Shown here piece by piece: positions 38,031-48,850 of a stretch of 64,000 nucleotides of DNA (position 1 is its first letter; each line of letters starts with the position of its first letter). The position numbers and the translations under genes are program-made. The stretch spans positions 86,199,921-86,263,920 of the forward strand of contig NC_092383.1 in the NCBI RefSeq assembly GCF_030028105.1. The letters run 5' to 3'. The notes under the pieces were generated by a model. The model was not told where the DNA came from, searched no databases, and worked only from the letters and a program-made list of their open reading frames with translations. Origin of the DNA: Mobula birostris (Eukaryota).

Positions 38031-38248
38031 CTGCAAAAGGAAATGGTCAAATCATCAGACTCATCAACACTGGGAACTCTGATTTAGAGTTGTATCTGGA
38101 GCTTGGACTCCAATATATTCACATCAAGCATTCTGCACACATAGTATGTCAACATCTTGTCAATATCATCTGCAAATAGCTTTGGATTGACCATCCTCAA
38201 ATGATCAATATATTTGAGTGCAAATTCTATTGTTTTCCATAAGCCTAC

Positions 38249-38336
38249 CTTGGTTTCCCTTGTGAACCACGTGACCGAAATAGTGCAGATCAGGAAAGCG
38301 AAGAGCAGCCAACAACCAACCTTCCATATCATGAAA
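38249..38336 (-). CDS. Gene 4 transmembrane exon (S)FMIWKVGCWLLFAFLICTISVTWFTRETK
   Basis: cttcccctttacgcag acceptor, AAG|gtagg donor, 88 nt, phase 2-0, hydrophobic helix with a Lys near its N-terminus. Confidence 0.82.
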
Positions 38337-39215
38337 CTGCGTAAAGGGGAAGAGTAACAGAACTGATGAGATACAGAAACGAGATGGCTTTGTGTTTGAA
38401 ATATTTACCTCCTGTTTCCTCTGTAACATTAGTGGAGTGGGGTGAGGTAAATAAGCAGAGCTGGAGGAGTAAATAATGTTGACTGAATGAAAGGGAGAAA
38501 AACATCATCAGTTGGAATAAAACCATATTTTCTCGAGGCAATGGCAACATCTTGCAATGCAGTCATTCACTGATACTATTATGGTTGTTGGAATTACAGT
38601 AGATCCGCTAGAAAATGAATCTCAGGGTTGTATAATAAATTTACCTTGATAATAAATTTACTTCGAGCTTTGAAATCTTTTCTGCACTACATCCAGTTGA
38701 ATAACAATTCCCTTTTGTAACAGAGTACCAGATTCTCTACTCTGACTAATACCAGAAACCTTCTTCACTATAGTGACTCCACTTTCAAGGAACCATGTAC
38801 CTGAATTCCAAGATCCCATTGTTCTTTAACACTTCCCAGGGCCCAACCAATCACTTCGAAAGACTTACTTGATTTGTCTTTTGAAAATGCAAGACTTTGC
38901 ACAATTCTGAATTAAACTCCATTTGCTATTCCTCAGCCCAAAAACTCAGCTCATCAAGATCCTCTGTAATTCTTCAAAATCCTTTTCACCAGGGACATGA
39001 GATGTACAGGTTGGAAAGGTGACAGCAAACTTCTCCATTCTCAGAGGTGAATGAAACTAGATGACATGGATTTAGATTTGAAGCGATTGTTTTCACCCAG
39101 AGAGTGGTGGAAAAAGTGTCACAGTCAATGTTTGTGGAGTGTCTGAATGAGATCTCAAGTCACATCTCCATGGTAGGCTTTGGACCTTGTTCTGGAAGAT
39201 AGGGTTTAGATACAT

Positions 39216-39602
39216 TACTGTGCAAAATACAGGTGCATTTAAAAGAATTCTGTAAAGTGACGATGCTTTCAAAAGTAATGAAATGAAAAATATTTAAATA
39301 TTTAAAAATATTATAATGTGCATTAAGCAGCAATAAACTAAATCAAATCAAAGTTGGGTGTCACCACACTTTGCCTTTAAAACTACTTCAATTCTTTCGG
39401 GTACCCTGTCATGCAGTTTTATAAGAAAATCATCTGCTAGGTTGTTCCAAGTGTCTTGGAGAACTTGCCACATTTCTTTTTCAGACCTTGGCTTCTGCTT
39501 CTCCAAGCAATCACAGACAGCCTCGGTGTTGTGATCAGGACTCTGGAGATGATACCACCTGAAACTAAATAAGAATCGAAGGTGCCTAAGGCATTTGCAG
39601 TA
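39216..39602 (-). mobile_element. Internally deleted Tc1 element with transposase C-terminus
   Basis: WQVLQDTWNNLADDFLIKLHDRVPERIEVVLKAK in ORF 39348..39692; TIRs TACTGTGCAAAA .. GTGCCTAAGGCATTTGCAGTA. Confidence 0.8.
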
Positions 39603-39846
39603 TACTGTAGATGGATGTGCAATGGAAATCCACATGGTCTTTGTCTGTGTTGTACGACTCTGGGACCAGATGAACCTGTTACACAACAGCATTATCTGAA
39701 CCCTGAAGCTTAAAGTTCAAAGTGGATTTATTACCAAAATACATATCTGTCATCATATACAACTCTGAGATTCAATTTCTTGTGGGCATACTCAGTAAAT
39801 CTATAGATTAATAACCACAACAGAATGAACAGAATGACCACAACAC

Positions 39847-41266
39847 AACAAAGGTTCTGAACTTAAAGAGGGGTAACTTTGAAGGTATGAGACGTGAATT
39901 AGCTAAGTTAGACTGGCAAATGACACTTAAAGGATTGACGGTGGATATGCAATGGCAAGCATTTAAAGGTTGCATGGATGAACTACAACAATTGTTCATC
40001 CCAGTTTGGCAAAAGAATAAATCAAGGAAGGTAGTGCACCCATGGCTGACAAGAGAAATTAGGGATAGTATCAATTCCAAAGAAGAAGCATACAAATTAG
40101 CCAGAGAAAGTGGCTCACCTGAGGACTGGGAGAAATTCAGAGTTCAGCAGAGGAGGACAAAGGGCTTAATTAGGAAGGGGAAAAAAGATTATGAGAGAAA
40201 ACTGGCAGGGAACATAAAAACGGACTGTAAAAGCTTTTATAGATATGTAAAAAGGAAAAGACTGGTAAAGACAAATGTAGGTTCCCTACAGACAGAAACA
40301 GGTGAATTGATTATGGGGAGCAAGGACATGGCAGACCAATTGAATAATTACTTTGGTTCTGTCTTCACTCAGGAGGACATGAATAATCTTCCAGAAATAG
40401 TAGGGGACAGAGGGTCCAGTGAGATGGAGGAACTGAGCGAAATACATGTTACTAGGGAAGTGGTGTTAGGTAAATTGAAGGGATTGTAGGCAGATAAATC
40501 CCCAGGGCCAGATGGTCTGCATCCTATAGTGCTTAAGGAAGTAGCCCAAGAAATAGTGGATGCATTAGTGATAATTTTTCAAAACTCGTTAGATTCTGGA
40601 CTAGTTCCTGAGAGTTGGAGGGTGGCTAATGTAACCCCACTTTTTAAAAAAGGAGGGAGAGAGAAACCGGGGAATTATAGAACGGTTAGCCTAACGTCGG
40701 TGGTGGGGAAACTGCTGGAGTCAGTTATCAAAGATGTGATAACAGCACATTTGGAAAGTGGTGAAATGATCGGACAAGGTCAGCATGGATTTGTGAAAGG
40801 AAAATCATGTCTGACGAATCTCATAGAATTTTTTGAGGATGTAACTAGTAGAGTGGATAGGGGAGAACCAGTGGATGTGGTATATTTGGATTTTCAAAAG
40901 GCTTTTGACAAGGTCCCACACAGGAGATTAGTGTGCAAACTTAAAGCACACGGTATTGGGGGTAAGGTATTGATGTGGATGGAGAATTGGTTAGCAGACA
41001 GGAAGCAAAGAGTGGGAATAAACGGGACCTTTTCAGAATGGCAGGCGGTGACTAGTGGCATACCGCAAGGCTCGGTGCTGGAACCCCAGTTGTTTACAAT
41101 ATATATTAATGACTTGGATGAGGGAATTAAATGCAGCATCTCCAAGTTTGCAGATGACACGAAGCTGGGTGGCAGTGTTAGCTGTGAGGAGGATGCTAAG
41201 AGGATGCAGAGTGACTTGGATAGGTTGGGTGAGTGGGCAAATTCATGGCAGATGTAATTTAATGTG
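39847..41266 (+). mobile_element. Internal fragment of the young CR1 subfamily, truncated at both ends
   Basis: Near-identical to about 30434-31855; no 3' tail. Confidence 0.9.
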
Positions 41267-41573
41267 TTTTTCCATTATTCATTCCAATAATCTACTTACA
41301 AGGTAAAAACATATATCAACTTTCATGTCAAAAGTTATTGCAGAATATTTGGAGAGATTAGTTTATCTTGAACTCCTGGGATTAAAACATGTTGTCGAGC
41401 GTTGGTTGTACTACTGGTTGTGAAAATGAAAACAATATTCTCACAGGCATTCAGTACAAGTAAATGAAATTATAAATTTCCCCTGAATTATCTCTCATAT
41501 GGGGGGGGGGGCAATCATAGCACCAGCAATGAGAACATTGTACATTTAAGCAGGACTGGATCAAGTGACTTAC

Positions 41574-41619
41574 CTTGCAGTTGATACTGTTGTAAATGTT
41601 TCACATGAATATTCACGTC
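41574..41619 (-). CDS. Gene 4 hinge exon (G)REYSCETFTTVSTA
   Basis: tttctttccttgcctcaacag acceptor, AAG|gtaagt donor, 46 nt, phase 1-2, bridges the C2 and TM exon phases. Confidence 0.8.
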
Positions 41620-43957
41620 CTGTTGAGGCAAGGAAAGAAAATTCAGTCTCGCATGTTTACCCAGTGCAGTCAAGCAAGAGTACATGATTGGCAGGTGGAA
41701 ACTCATGGTTTGAGTAAAAGGCTGATTGGTTACAGGGAGGTGAGTAATTTCTGTTTCTTGTGCATATTTGAACACCTGTTGCTGGGGAAATTACAAGGCT
41801 TGAGTTGGAGGGTTTGCAAACCATAATCCTAAGCAGACAGAAGTGGAAGTTCCAGCCAGGCAATTGACATCTGCCAGCTCTGGGAGATCTGTTGTTGGGG
41901 CCACAACACCCACCGGAAAGACATACACATCTCTGCACTGAGTGTATGTGGAGATATTGGACCAAGTACAGTTGTTGATACAACAGGATAATGCTTCTGT
42001 TCTCAATGAAAAAACAACTTGTATAATGCAAGATGCTGGAGGAACTCAGCAGTTCAGGCTGCATCTATGGAAAGAATAAACAGTCGACATTTCAGACCAA
42101 GACCTTTCTGATGAAGGATCTTTGCATGAAAAATTGACTGTATACTTCTTTGCATAGATGCTGCCTGGCCTGATGAGTTCTTCCAGCATTTTGTATATGT
42201 TGTTCTTGTTCTCCAGCATCTACAGAATCTCTTCTGTTCCTGTTTTAATAGTGGGATGACAAATGTCATTGAACATCATAGAGTTATACAGTATGGGAAC
42301 TAGCCCTTCAGCTCAATTCATCCACACTAACCAGCATGAGCTAGTCCCATTGAGTCTACTCCACCATTTCAGCACAGCTGATCCATTTCCCTTTCAACCT
42401 CGTTTTCCTGCCTTCTCCCCATTACCTTTCATGTCCTGACTAATCAAGAACTTATCAACCACAGCCATAAAGGTATCTGGTGATCTGACCTTCACCACCA
42501 CCTGTGGCAACAAATTCCTGTCTCACCTCCCTCTGGCTAAAGAATTTCCTCCTCATCTCTGTTCCAAATGGACATCACTCTCTTTTGACTCTGTGCCCTC
42601 TGGGTTTTGACTTTCCCACCAATGGAAACATCCTCTTCACATCCACTGTATAAAGGCCTTTCACCATTCGATCAGCTTCAATCAGATCTCCCCTCATTCT
42701 TCTAAATTCCAGTGAGTACAGGTCCTGAGCCTTCAATTGCTATTCATATGATAATCTTTTCATTCCCGGAATCGTTCTTGTGAACCTCCTTTGAACTATC
42801 TCCAATGCCAACACATCTTATTTTAGATAAAAGGCCCAGAAATACTCACAATATGGACGTCCCTGAAAAGGACAGGCCTTCATTAATCAGAGGATTGAGA
42901 TCAAGAGTTGTGAGGTAATTGTGTAATACCAGTGGTCACCATCTACTGGCAGAATATCTATTGCGACCCTCTGCCTTCTGTAGGAAAACCAATTTCTATT
43001 ATTAGAATATCTCAAATGAAGAGGCACTGTAACAAGATAAGGATCGGGTAATTTAAAATTGGATTTAAATTCACAATCCTTGGAATCCTACACCTGGATG
43101 GTGGTGGAGGCTGGATCAGTGGGGATCTTTAAACAGAAAGTACCGTAGATATTTTTTGATATAGATCAGGAAATGGCGAACTGTAGGAAAATGATGCAGA
43201 AGAGCTAAGAAAGCCTAGTACAGATCAGCCAAGATGATATTGAATAGTGGAGTAGTCTTGAGACACCAAACAGCCTGCTTGGTTTCTTGAGTTCAGTCCT
43301 TACACCAATTGCATGTGACTTCCATTGCTTCTTTAGCCTGCATAATTCTCTCTATCTTCCACAAAACAAACTACTGGAAACTGTTTATAAATCCAGAAGG
43401 TGTGAGTTTGGGTATTTGCTGGTTCTCAAAGATGAGAAAATCTCAGTCAGCAACTAGAAATGTCAGCAATTTAGACGCAAAGCCACCATGCACAGCAAGA
43501 GCAGGCTGCAGGCAGGAAACTCTCTGGTGAGGGACTCACTTCTCAGCTACCGAACAGGGCATGCCGTTCCCTGCAAGATTTGTCACAATGCAGCTTAAAG
43601 AACATAACAGATGAACACTCCCACCCACTAACCCACCCCTCCACAACCCCCACCACCACTACTTTATCATTTCATGTCAGGCACCTCAGGTAGATACACT
43701 ATTGTGCCTAGCAGCAATTTACTTACATACAACCAATGTATATAAACAATTTTATGTATTTATATGTATCATGTTTATTAACGATTGTGTTCTGTACCTT
43801 ATTGTTATTTTTTATGGGTGCATTAGATCTAGAGTAACAATTAGTTTGTTCTCCTTATATTTGCATATTGGAAATGATATTAAGCAATCTTGAATCTTGA
43901 AGACGGTACATGATACTCAATCAATCTCCCTAATGATTCGCACCCTCCACCACTTAC

Positions 43958-44278
43958 CAGTGCCAGTGAACTGAATCACAAAGCTGCAGTTGTCTCCTCT
44001 GTTGTCGATGGACACGTTCACTATTTCACTAGACTTTGCTCCATGAGTATTGGAGGCAGTGCAGTAATATTGATAGTGTTGGTGTTTGAAGGATTGACAA
44101 CGTAGATCCAGTTGACTGTTTTCAGAGACTTTTGAATCCACAGATGAGATATTTTCATGCCATGTGTACTGAATGGGAAGGGATCCCTGGACAGACTCAC
44201 AGGACACTGACACGGAGCCCCCAACACACACGATATTTGCAGAAGACAGATATCGAAGCACAGGAACAGACACTGGTT
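43958..44278 (-). CDS. Gene 4 C2-type Ig exon
   Basis: tttcccacag acceptor, G|gtaagt donor, 321 nt, open, phase 1-1, paralog of 1110-1430. Confidence 0.9.
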
Positions 44279-44589
44279 CTGTGGGAAAGAATCAGTCAAC
44301 ATATTGAAATCAATATGTGGGCATCTGAACTCCACATCAATCCCAGATGCCTGAACCCCGCGTCTGCCACTATTCCAAAACACAGCAGGAGTCCAGATCA
44401 GAACAGCAGCAATGACAGTGAGGATGTGATGTGTCAGCGTGAAAATCAGGGTACAATCTCTCACAGCTACAAGGAGACAGTCACCACTGGTGTTTGAAAA
44501 AAAATAATGCAAGCGTTGTTTGAAGGTGATAGTTTAATGGAAACTTGTGAGACAAGCTCTTTAGCTACAATGATTGTGGCGACTCCCTG

Positions 44590-46345
44590 TAACACACAGA
44601 AATTACTGGAGGAACTCAGCAGGCCAGGGAGCACCTACAGAAAAGAGTACAGTCGACATTTTGGGCCAAGGCTTTTCAGCAGAACAGGAAGATGAGGACT
44701 CAGAGTCTGAGGGTGGGAGGAGGGGAGGGAGAAACGCAGGGTGATAGGTAAAACCAGTAGGGGGAAGCATAAAGTGACAGGGAGGGGAGAGGTAAAGGAA
44801 AGAGTTGGGAAGTTGATTGGTGAAAGAGATACAGGGCTGGAGAAAGCAGAATCGAATAGGGAAGGACAGAAGGCCATTGAGAAAGAAAAAGGGGGAGGAG
44901 CACCAGAGGGAAGTGATGGGCAGGCAAGAAGATAATGTGAGAGAGGGAAATGGGAATGGGCAATAGAGAAAGGGGGGGGGAGGAACATTACTGGAAATTC
45001 GAGAAATCAATGTTCATGCCATCAGGCTGGAGGCTACACAAACGGAACAAAAAGTGTTGCTCCTACAACCTGAGTGTGGCCTCATCACAGCAATAGAAGA
45101 AGCCAGAGACTGACAGGTTGGGATGGGATTGGGAAGTGGAACTAAAATGGGTGGACACTGCAAGGTCCCGCTTTTTCTGGTGGATGGAGTGTATATGCTC
45201 GGCAAAGTGGTCTTCCATTCTACTTTGGGTCTCACTGATATACAAGAGGCCACACCGGGAGTACCGGATACAATAGATGACCCCAACAGACTCACAGGTG
45301 AAGTGTCGCCTCGCCTGGAAGGACTGTTTTGGACCCTAAATGGTAGTGAGGGAGGAGATGTAGGGGCAGATGTAGCAGTTGTCCGCTTGCAAGGATAAAT
45401 GTCAGGAGGGAGTCTGTGGGGAGGTGTGAATGGACATGGGTGTTGTGCAGGAAGTGATCCCTGTAGAAAGCAGAAAGTGAGGGGAAAGGAAAGATGTGCC
45501 TGGTGACGGGATCCCATTGGAGATGGCAGAAGTTTCAGAGAAATATGTGATGGAGTTGCAGCTTAACGGGGTGGTAGGAGACAACAGGAGGAACCCTAAC
45601 ACTGATGGGGTGGTGGGAAGATAGGGTGAGGGCAGACGTGTGTGAAATTGAAGAGATGTAGTTGAGGGCAGTGTTGATAGTGGAGAAAGGGAAGCCCCTT
45701 TCTTTCAAGAAGGAGGACATCTCTATCCTCCTGGAGCGAAAAGCCTCAACGTGAGAGCAGATGCAGTACAGAAAGAGAAATTGAGGGAAGGGGTTTGGTA
45801 TTTTTACAAGTAACAGGGTGGGAAGAGGTATAGTCCAAGTAGCTGCAAGAGTCATTGGGGTTTGTAGCAATCTTCAGAGATAAACTGTCTCCAGAGATAG
45901 AGACAGACAATTTGAGGAAGGGAAGGGAGGTGCTGGAAAAGGACCTGGAAATTTAGAGTCAAAGTTGATGTAGTCAATTAGATCGGCATGGGTGCAGGAA
46001 GCAGCACCAATGCAGTCATCGACGTAGCATTGGAAACGTGAGGGAGAGACACCAGTATAGACTTGGAACGTAGATTGATCCATGCAGCCAACAAAAAGGC
46101 AGGCATAGCTGCGACCCATGCAAGTACCCATAGCTATTGTTTGAAGGAAGTGGGAGGAGCCAAAGGAGAAATTATTGAGAGTGACGATAAGTTCCGCAAG
46201 ATGGAGGAGAGTGGTGATGGAGGGGAACTGATTGGCTCTGGTGTCCAGAAAGCAGCAGAGACCTTTGAAGCCTTTCTGGTGGAGGATAGAGGTATGTAGG
46301 GAATGTACATGCATAGTGAAAATAAGATGCTCGGGGCCAGAGAAC
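44590..46345 (-). mobile_element. Penelope-like element (RT + GIY-YIG remnants) in the V-C2 intron of gene 4
   Basis: RT-like IFTM..SLHTSI..TLNNFSFGSSHFLQT..AMGT..YVDDC (ORF 45874..46485); GIY-YIG-like YISETQSRMEDHFAEH..THFSS (45063..45245); terminal repeat at about 44590-45000. Confidence 0.8.
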
Positions 46346-46588
46346 CGGAAATCAGGGTGGCATTTCATACAGTTCAGAGGCAGGAAAATGTACTGAGCCT
46401 TTCCACTGGAAATTGTTGGCCAGTCAGTGGGACGGACAACATGTGGGGTTCCCAAACCTTGCCCATCCCCCACAGGGCTCTGCACTGCTGAGGAGCCTCA
46501 GGATATCCATGCTTCTCTGACACTTCCTCGAGCAAATATGGATCAGACATTTCACTGGACACATAAAGGTAATCAAGGAGAAACCTAC

Positions 46589-46908
46589 CGTCAGATACTT
46601 GTAGATACACGTCAAACACTGGATGATTGCCAGATGTTGCAATTCCACATCTGTAAACTCCTGTATCTTGAGAGACAAGATTCTCCGTAGTAACAGTAAA
46701 TATTCCCTGGGATGTGTTATCTCTGATTGTCATTCTTCCATACTGCTCATTTGTCCCATTTGTATTCACTAACGATGTGCATTGGCGATCCCACATGCGG
46801 CACAAATACTTTGTGTGTGAACGGTACTTTGGTCATAGTGACAATCGATTGTGATCGCTCTTCCCACAACTCCTCTTACTTTGTTTTCTGCCCATAAAGC
46901 ACCCAAAA
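46589..46908 (-). pseudogene. Gene 4 IgV exon with one 1-nt deletion
   Basis: ctccctcag acceptor, G|gtagg donor, 320 nt (321 expected); frame shifts at GAC CA AAG TAC (about 46828-46832); otherwise open with four Cys. Confidence 0.8.
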
Positions 46909-47134
46909 CTGAGGGAGAAATTCTTCTGAAAATGGACAGGTAAAATTCAAATTTACACAAGCAGATTCAAGATTGCTTCATGTCATTTCCTCTATACAAA
47001 TATAAAGGAGAACAAAACCATTGTTCCTCCGGATCTGAAGCAGCACAGAAAAAGCAAATGATAAAGAAAGCAATAATAATAAAAAGAGATGTTTTATTTA
47101 AAGCTGTCAGTGTGTTCTAAGGAATCTACCACAC

Positions 47135-47162
47135 CCTCAATTGGTGTAATTGAATTCCACAT
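47135..47162 (-). other. Degenerate leader-like segment upstream of the gene 4 V exon (MWNSITPIE..)
   Basis: CA ATG TGG AAT TCA ATT resembles the gene 3 leader start; weak donors and no hydrophobic core. Confidence 0.3.
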
Positions 47163-47334
47163 TGTCTGAAAAATGCTACAGCATCGTCCCTCATCACAAG
47201 ATCACGGCTCTTCACAAGTAATGATTTTTATTTGATTGGAGTCATCATTATCACTGCCCAGTGATGTCTCAGTGTGTTTCAACAATTCTGAGTCAATAGA
47301 TTACTGATCCAGTCCTATTCCAGGCAGGTGAGCA

Positions 47335-48590
47335 CAAGATCGGTAGTGGATAAATTACCAGAGGTAGTTCTCTGAGACAGAGTCTACCTGAATTTGCAAA
47401 GGCATGATCTGATTGCGGATAGTCAACGTGATTTTGTGCATGGGAAATCTACTGTCAAGAAATTGACAAGGTTTTTTTTTTGAAGGGATGAAGAAACGGA
47501 CTGATGAGGGCAGGAGCAGTAGCATGTAGCACATGGAGTTTAGCAAGGCCTTTGAAAACATCTCACATAGCAGACAGATTTGTATTGTGAGATCACATGG
47601 TAAGCTAGTTGGTTGGATACAGAATAGGCTGAAGGGATCTCGAAAGAGAACTGGTGTTCAGCCCCATTACTCTGTGCTAGCCAGATTCCCCCACATGAGC
47701 CCAACCCGTCTGCCTGCATTTGATCCATCTCCCTCTCTTCTCACCAGAGCCATCTATTCAAGTTGAATTTCAAGTTTAATTGTCATTCAACCATATATGG
47801 ATACTGCCAAATGTAACAGCGATATTCCCGGACAAGGACGAAAAATACAGTAACAACGGTGAAACATAGCAGAAGGCTCATATAAAATAGCAGTCAAGAA
47901 AAAATTATATGTAGTTTGTTTATCGTACACATAATTTCATAATTAGTTTACTTTGAATATTGAACTTGGAAAGTGGCTAATGGAATGACTGATGTATGGA
48001 ACTCAGGCAGTGTGAAGTAATGAATTTTGGGAAGTGGAACAAGGACAAAACGTACACAGCAGAGAACCAGGTTTGCAACTACACAGGTCCCTGAATGTGG
48101 CAACACAGGTGGACAAACTGCTGAACAAGGAATATGACCAGTTGCCTTCATTGGATGGGGCATTAAGTAGAGCTGGGATGGCATGTTACAACTATAAAGG
48201 ACATTGACAAGACCTCATCTCGACTACTCTGTGCAGTTCCAGAGGAAGAATGTGATTAATTAGAGAAGGTACAGAAAGCATTCACAAAGATGCTTCTGAA
48301 ACTGGACGGTCTGGGTTTTGGATAGGCTGGGACAGTTTTCCCTGAAGTGAACACAGCTGAGGTTTAAAAATTAAGAGGGGCAAAGATATGCTGGATAATC
48401 ACAGTCTTTATCCCAACTTTGGGGAGTCGAAAACTAGAGAGCCAAGACTGACGGTGAGGGTGGAAAGTCTTTGAGGGCCTGGAGGGGCAGTGTTTTCCAC
48501 ACAGAGCAGTGTGTATGTGAAAAGGCTGCCAGAAGAAGTACTAGGGGGTGGGAATAAATTCACCTTTAAAATACTTTTGGACAAGTTCAT
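47335..48590 (+). mobile_element. Old fragmented CR1 upstream of gene 4
   Basis: RT and 3' remnants collinear with 56690-58310, 59650-59808 and 63660-63720. Confidence 0.65.
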
Positions 48591-48630
48591 GAAATTTGCT
48601 GAAGTTAGTCCATAGCCACAAAGTGAGTCA

Positions 48631-48850
48631 TCACTGCAGCACATTAATTGCAGGCCACAGACTGAGTTCAGCGCAGAAGTGAGTAAACCTTGTTGACAAA
48701 CTAATTAAACACCAGCCCATCCCCTTGCCTATGACATGCATTCCTTTAGTTTTTCGCACAGGTTTCGAAGGTATATTATCTTTGTCACAATCACGAAATA
48801 CAGCAGCCTTGTTCATATCAGTATAGAAGGAATGGGTTCCCTTCTCATTT
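48631..48850 (-). CDS. Candidate terminal exon of gene 5 (NEKGTHSFYTDM..VIGKGMGWCLISL..NVLQ*)
   Basis: ccttcctcaccttcag acceptor, phase 2 fits the hinge exon, 73-codon open frame in unique sequence; function uncertain. Confidence 0.35.

Noticed and set aside
41790-41995. Candidate exon EALSCCINNCTWS after the gene 4 C2 exon
   Set aside because: Weaker splice sites than 41574-41619, no clear donor, and it lacks the GR of the GRxxxC motif shared with gene 5.
44380-44440. Hydrophobic stretch ILTVIAAVLIWTPAVF (also about 53915-53975) as an alternative leader for the C2 exon
   Set aside because: No in-frame ATG in gene 4 and no convincing donor; best explained as shared intron sequence, though not excluded without RNA data.
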